Virus record (IMG/VR): IMGVR_UViG_3300010283_000223
Source of the DNA: an uncultured virus (IMG/VR IMGVR_UViG_3300010283_000223)
Lineage: Duplodnaviria > Heunggongvirae > Uroviricota > Caudoviricetes
Strand: one strand, 5' to 3'
DNA length: 20,000 nt
Below, one piece after another: positions 17,039 through 20,000 of this stretch. Under the pieces are notes generated by a model. It saw nothing but the letters and a program-made list of their open reading frames with translations, was not told where the DNA came from and did no database searches. The position numbers were made by a program, and so were the translations under genes. Position 1 is the first letter of the stretch, and each line of letters opens with the position of its first letter.

Positions 17039-17809
17039 ATGACAAGTAAGAAACCTATTGGTTTTCACGCTATTGATAGAATTAAACCTTCTTATCGCCA
17101 AATATGTAACGGTAGATTTGCATTAATGGGACGCATTGATTTTTATGATATAGAAATTTTTTTCTGGAAAAATAATTCCAAAAATTATAAATTAGCTTCT
17201 TTCCTATGTTCAATCTTCCCGGAGCATATAACACCAGAGGAAGATAATAATTATTGCAATTATGCACTGTTATCTTCCGAAAAAGATTTTTTATTCTATT
17301 TTGACGCATTGAAAGAGTTATTGTCTATTATATATGGTTGGAAGTACATAGAATTATATGTTAATCATGAACAATGTTTTCCAGATGAACTATCAATATA
17401 CATTCATACTCTTATAGGCCTGTATCCAGCCCGCTCACAGTATTATGATGTTCGAGCGGCAATTAAGGATTTTCGTAATCCATGGTTGCATGAAAAAAAT
17501 CTATATCATATAGTGTATGATCTTTTTCCCGAATATACTGTAGTACCACACTATAGATCAAAATGGCTTGAAAATCTTGAACTCGATATTTATATTGAGA
17601 ACATTGATCTAGCCATAGAATATCAGGGCGTGCAGCACTATAAGCCATTAAAACATTGGGGTGGAGAAGAAGGATTTCTGAAAAGGCGTGTTAATGATAT
17701 TCGCAAGAAACGCCTGTGCGAGATCCATGGTACTTCTCTGATTTATTTTTCATATCTCGATGAAATAACGGAGGGATTTGTGAAAAGCAAACTAATTAAG
17801 TATTTTTAA
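17039..17809 (+). CDS. Hypothetical protein with C-terminal PD-(D/E)XK-type (DUF559/Vsr-like) nuclease domain
   Basis: E..LY...[22 protein letters not shown]...DIRKKRLC...I motif. Visibly AT-rich. True start uncertain. Confidence 0.7.
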   Translation: MTSKKPIGFHAIDRIKPSYRQICNGRFALMGRIDFYDIEIFFWKNNSKNYKLASFLCSIFPEHITPEEDNNYCNYALLSSEKDFLFYFDALKELLSIIYGWKYIELYVNHEQCFPDELSIYIHTLIGLYPARSQYYDVRAAIKDFRNPWLHEKNLYHIVYDLFPEYTVVPHYRSKWLENLELDIYIENIDLAIEYQGVQHYKPLKHWGGEEGFLKRRVNDIRKKRLCEIHGTSLIYFSYLDEITEGFVKSKLIKYF

Positions 17810-17823
17810 TGGAGGTATTCAGC

Positions 17824-18105
17824 ATGAGACAACCTGAACCCTCACAAATGATGAATCCAGAAATTACTTTAAGAGAAAAAGTCCTTGGAGAACTCCTAAA
17901 CACTCCTCTCGCTGATGCAATGGAGCATGACGAGGAATTTGAAAGGATGATTGAAGAACGGTTATCACACCTTGACGATCTCTCCAGAAGCGAATTCTAT
18001 CGTTTAAGGAAAGACCGCAATAAAATAGGTGTACTTTCGCAAAAAGACCTTGATATGCTGACATTAGAGGCAATGGAAAGGTCCTACAAATACAGAACAG
18101 AATAA
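17824..18105 (+). CDS. Small helical, charged hypothetical protein (about 93 aa)
   Basis: GGAGG at 17811-15 precedes ATG 17824; the alternative ATG 17809 overlaps the upstream stop. Confidence 0.68.
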   Translation: MRQPEPSQMMNPEITLREKVLGELLNTPLADAMEHDEEFERMIEERLSHLDDLSRSEFYRLRKDRNKIGVLSQKDLDMLTLEAMERSYKYRTE

Positions 18106-18197
18106 ATCTACTTGGAAGGTACTCGATGTACCTGCCAAGGGAGCTGATGGGGCGATTATGTCGGCTGCCGGACACTTATGGAAGGGAGCTGGTGCCA

Positions 18198-18281
18198 ATG
18201 GTTACATACACGGATCTGATCCAATTTGTAATTATGCTTTGTGCAATCGTTACTCTTGTTATCAATATACACAAAAAATAG
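18198..18281 (+). CDS. Putative holin-like type I toxin, 27 aa (not in ORF track)
   Basis: MVTYTDLIQFVIMLCAIVTLVINIHKK*: one TM helix with a basic tail, SD GAAGGGAG upstream, convergent antisense RNA unit downstream. Confidence 0.85.
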   Translation: MVTYTDLIQFVIMLCAIVTLVINIHKK

Positions 18282-18368
18282 CGCCCTCGCTCTGGTAAAG
18301 TAAGGCGCTATTTTTAATGCTGCATTTTGCCGGCGGCTAGGTATACTCTAGCCATTGGCTCTCTTGTT
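18272..18368 (-). ncRNA. Putative antisense antitoxin RNA (about 95-100 nt)
   Basis: Near-consensus minus-strand promoter directly upstream, internal hairpin GGCTAG...CTAGCC, ends in a terminator with T6 overlapping the toxin stop. Ends are estimated. Confidence 0.75.
18274..18315. terminator. Bidirectional intrinsic terminator
   Basis: AAAAATAGCGCC (18274-85) ... GGCGCTATTTTT (18304-15), a perfect 12-bp inverted repeat with T-tracts on both strands. Confidence 0.85.
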
Positions 18369-18374
18369 AAGTAC

Positions 18375-18404
18375 ATTATAGTACCTTCTTTCATAAAAAG
18401 TCAA
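18375..18404 (-). promoter_or_regulatory. Antitoxin promoter
   Basis: Minus strand TTGACT (18404-18399), 18 bp spacer, TATAAT (18380-75). Confidence 0.8.
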
Positions 18405-18415
18405 GGAGGCTATAT

Positions 18416-19780
18416 ATGCCAGCATACAAAGAAGACAACGGAACCTGGACCTCCAAATTCAAATACAAAGACTGGCGTGGAGAAAAAAGACAAAAGACAA
18501 AGAGAGGTTTTGAGCGGAAAAAGGATGCTTTGGATTTTGAAACTGAATTCAAGGCTACTTTCGTGCATTCTGCAGATATTCCATTTACCGTCCTTGCCAA
18601 AAATTATCTGAGTGATCTCACAAAGAACCATAAAATAGAAATAACCACCGCAGAGCGAAAGCAACGGGCTTTTGACAAAATGATCAGTCCTTATTTTGGT
18701 ATGAAACCTATCAATCAGATTACGGAGCTGGATGTTCTGAACTGGCAGACATGGGTACAACAGAAAGGCTTTGATAAATTCAAGGGCGTAGGGTATGCAC
18801 CTACTTACTTGAAATCTATCAATAACGAGTTATCTGCCATGATGAATTATGCAGTCCGATATTACCGGCTTCCATATAATCCATGTGAGAGAGCTGGGAG
18901 CATGGGAAAAAGTAGCGCAGAGGCAATGGAAATATGGACTCTTGATCAGTTTGAGCAATTCATAGGATATGCCGATAAGTCAGATGCCAGAATTGCCTTT
19001 GACATCCTATTTTGGACCGGCATCCGGGAAGGTGAACTCCTTGCCCTCACTCCTGCCGATTTCCTTCCAGGTCCAAGGCTGGACATTAAGAAGAGCTTCA
19101 CTGTCTTGAATGGAGAGCATATTATCAAGAAGCCGAAAAATGAGCCGTCTGTCAGATGCATAGCAATCCCACAGTTTCTTTATGATGAAGTCCAAAACTA
19201 TATGCATGGTCTTTATGGCCTTGAACAAACCGACCGGCTATTTACATTTACAAAATCATTTCTATTGAAAGAAATAAAGCGCATGGCACATATGGCCGGA
19301 CTTGAGCCTATACGGATTCATGATCTTAGGTATTCTCACGCATCACTACTTATCGAGATGGGATTTAATATTCTTATGATATCTGAGAGGCTTGGCCACA
19401 AAAATGTACAGACAACCTGGAACACATATGCTCACCTGTATCCGGATAAAGGACGTCAAATCGCATTTGGTCTACAGGAGGCAAAAGCTACAGGTCTCAC
19501 TGCAAATAAGACCGCTGAAGATCAGGTAATTGGACTCCTTGGAGAAATCCAAAAGGCTCTTCCCAATTATAACACCTATGAAACAGATGATATTATTTTG
19601 TGGGATTGTGAAGATAAGACTAAGAAAGTTGTTGATCGTAAGTATTTTGATGATATGGTGTATGGAACTATTGAGCCGGAAGAGGCATTTGTTATTATGA
19701 TGAGCGATGGATATTACGAAGTTGATACCAGATATGTTTTCTGTTTTTCAAGTCGAGGAATGCCTATAAAATATCTCTGA
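18416..19780 (+). CDS. int: Tyrosine recombinase / phage integrase with C-terminal extension
   Basis: Arm-binding N-terminus (KTKRGFERKKDA), SAM-like domain, catalytic R (TGIREGE), K (KPKN), HDLR, LGH and Y (TYAHL). RBS AAGGAGG. Confidence 0.95.
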   Translation: MPAYKEDNGTWTSKFKYKDWRGEKRQKTKRGFERKKDALDFETEFKATFVHSADIPFTVLAKNYLSDLTKNHKIEITTAERKQRAFDKMISPYFGMKPINQITELDVLNWQTWVQQKGFDKFKGVGYAPTYLKSINNELSAMMNYAVRYYRLPYNPCERAGSMGKSSAEAMEIWTLDQFEQFIGYADKSDARIAFDILFWTGIREGELLALTPADFLPGPRLDIKKSFTVLNGEHIIKKPKNEPSVRCIAIPQFLYDEVQNYMHGLYGLEQTDRLFTFTKSFLLKEIKRMAHMAGLEPIRIHDLRYSHASLLIEMGFNILMISERLGHKNVQTTWNTYAHLYPDKGRQIAFGLQEAKATGLTANKTAEDQVIGLLGEIQKALPNYNTYETDDIILWDCEDKTKKVVDRKYFDDMVYGTIEPEEAFVIMMSDGYYEVDTRYVFCFSSRGMPIKYL

Positions 19781-19790
19781 TTTCAAAAAA

Positions 19791-20000
19791 TGGTGTCATT
19801 TGGGTGTCACTTAGTTGTAAAAAAGTCTGGGAGCCCAGTATTTATGCGGACTCCCGGAAAATGAAAACTACTCAAGCTCGGCAAGTTGCTTCTTTAGCTT
19901 AAACTATTTTGTTTAAGTTTTATTTGAAATCTGCCGATATTTTACTTCATTTGCACATTTTATTTTGGCTTACTGATTTTCTGTTGCCAAAGTGTTGCCA
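19791..20000. other. attP-like site: guaA 3'-end-like core flanked by paired arm-type repeats
   Basis: Core 19868-19880 reads C GAG CTT GAG TAG (E-L-E-stop) on the minus strand. Direct repeats TGGTGTCA/GGGTGTCA (19791, 19802) and TGTTGCCA x2 (19982, 19993), each pair 11 bp apart. Confidence 0.7.
19819..19857 (-). terminator. Hairpin with T-tract on the minus strand, downstream of the guaA-like stop codon
   Basis: GGGAGTCC...GGGCTCCC then AGACTTTTTT on the minus strand. Confidence 0.5.

Larger units (their letters stand above)
1..20000. mobile_element. Temperate phage / prophage-like element: replication-recombination module, genetic switch, integrase and att site
   Basis: Divergent HTH repressor/cro pair with operators, tyrosine integrase next to an att-like site, and phage-type replication initiator, G39P-like, RecU, SSB and PcfJ genes in a tightly overlapping operon. 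No structural genes in the window. Confidence 0.92.

Noticed and set aside
17864..18175. 103-aa minus-strand ORF
   Set aside because: Antisense to the 93-aa gene and the structured toxin leader; no family motifs.
18327..18760. ORFs 18327-18611 (+), 18391-18600 (-) and 18410-18760 (-)
   Set aside because: They overlap the integrase and the antitoxin promoter and have no supporting signals.
1..20000. Reverse transcriptase/DGR, tRNA, IS elements, introns/inteins, CRISPR arrays
   Set aside because: No RT, transposase, intein or cloverleaf motifs, and no long repeat pairs seen by eye.

Overview
This window is the early and lysogeny region of a temperate phage or phage-like element from a low-GC Firmicute (Clostridia/Lachnospiraceae-like, inferred from RBS, promoter style and gene content). 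A long minus-strand operon runs from a cro-like gene through a cII-like regulator, a xis-like HTH, a SleB-type cell wall hydrolase, an unknown recombination-slot protein, a single-chain SbcD-SbcC (Mre11-Rad50) fusion, a replication initiator with an internal iteron origin, a G39P-like loader/inhibitor, an N6-MTase-like protein, PcfK/AcrIIA9-like and PcfJ proteins, a DUF5131 radical SAM protein, a double-OB SSB and RecU, to a truncated beta clamp (dnaN). The plus-strand lysogeny module holds a repressor, an AT-rich PD-(D/E)XK nuclease with a small partner, a type I toxin-antitoxin locus missed by the ORF track, and a tyrosine integrase, followed by an attP-like site whose core resembles the 3' end of guaA. 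The non-coding signals are the most interesting part: six TTTCC-N5-GGAAA operators, two antisense promoters (one P_RE-like, one driving an OOP-like sRNA of about 40 nt), and a toxin mRNA with a duplicated SD-containing 13-mer competing for one 3' anti-SD. All family assignments come from motif recognition by eye; no searches were run.
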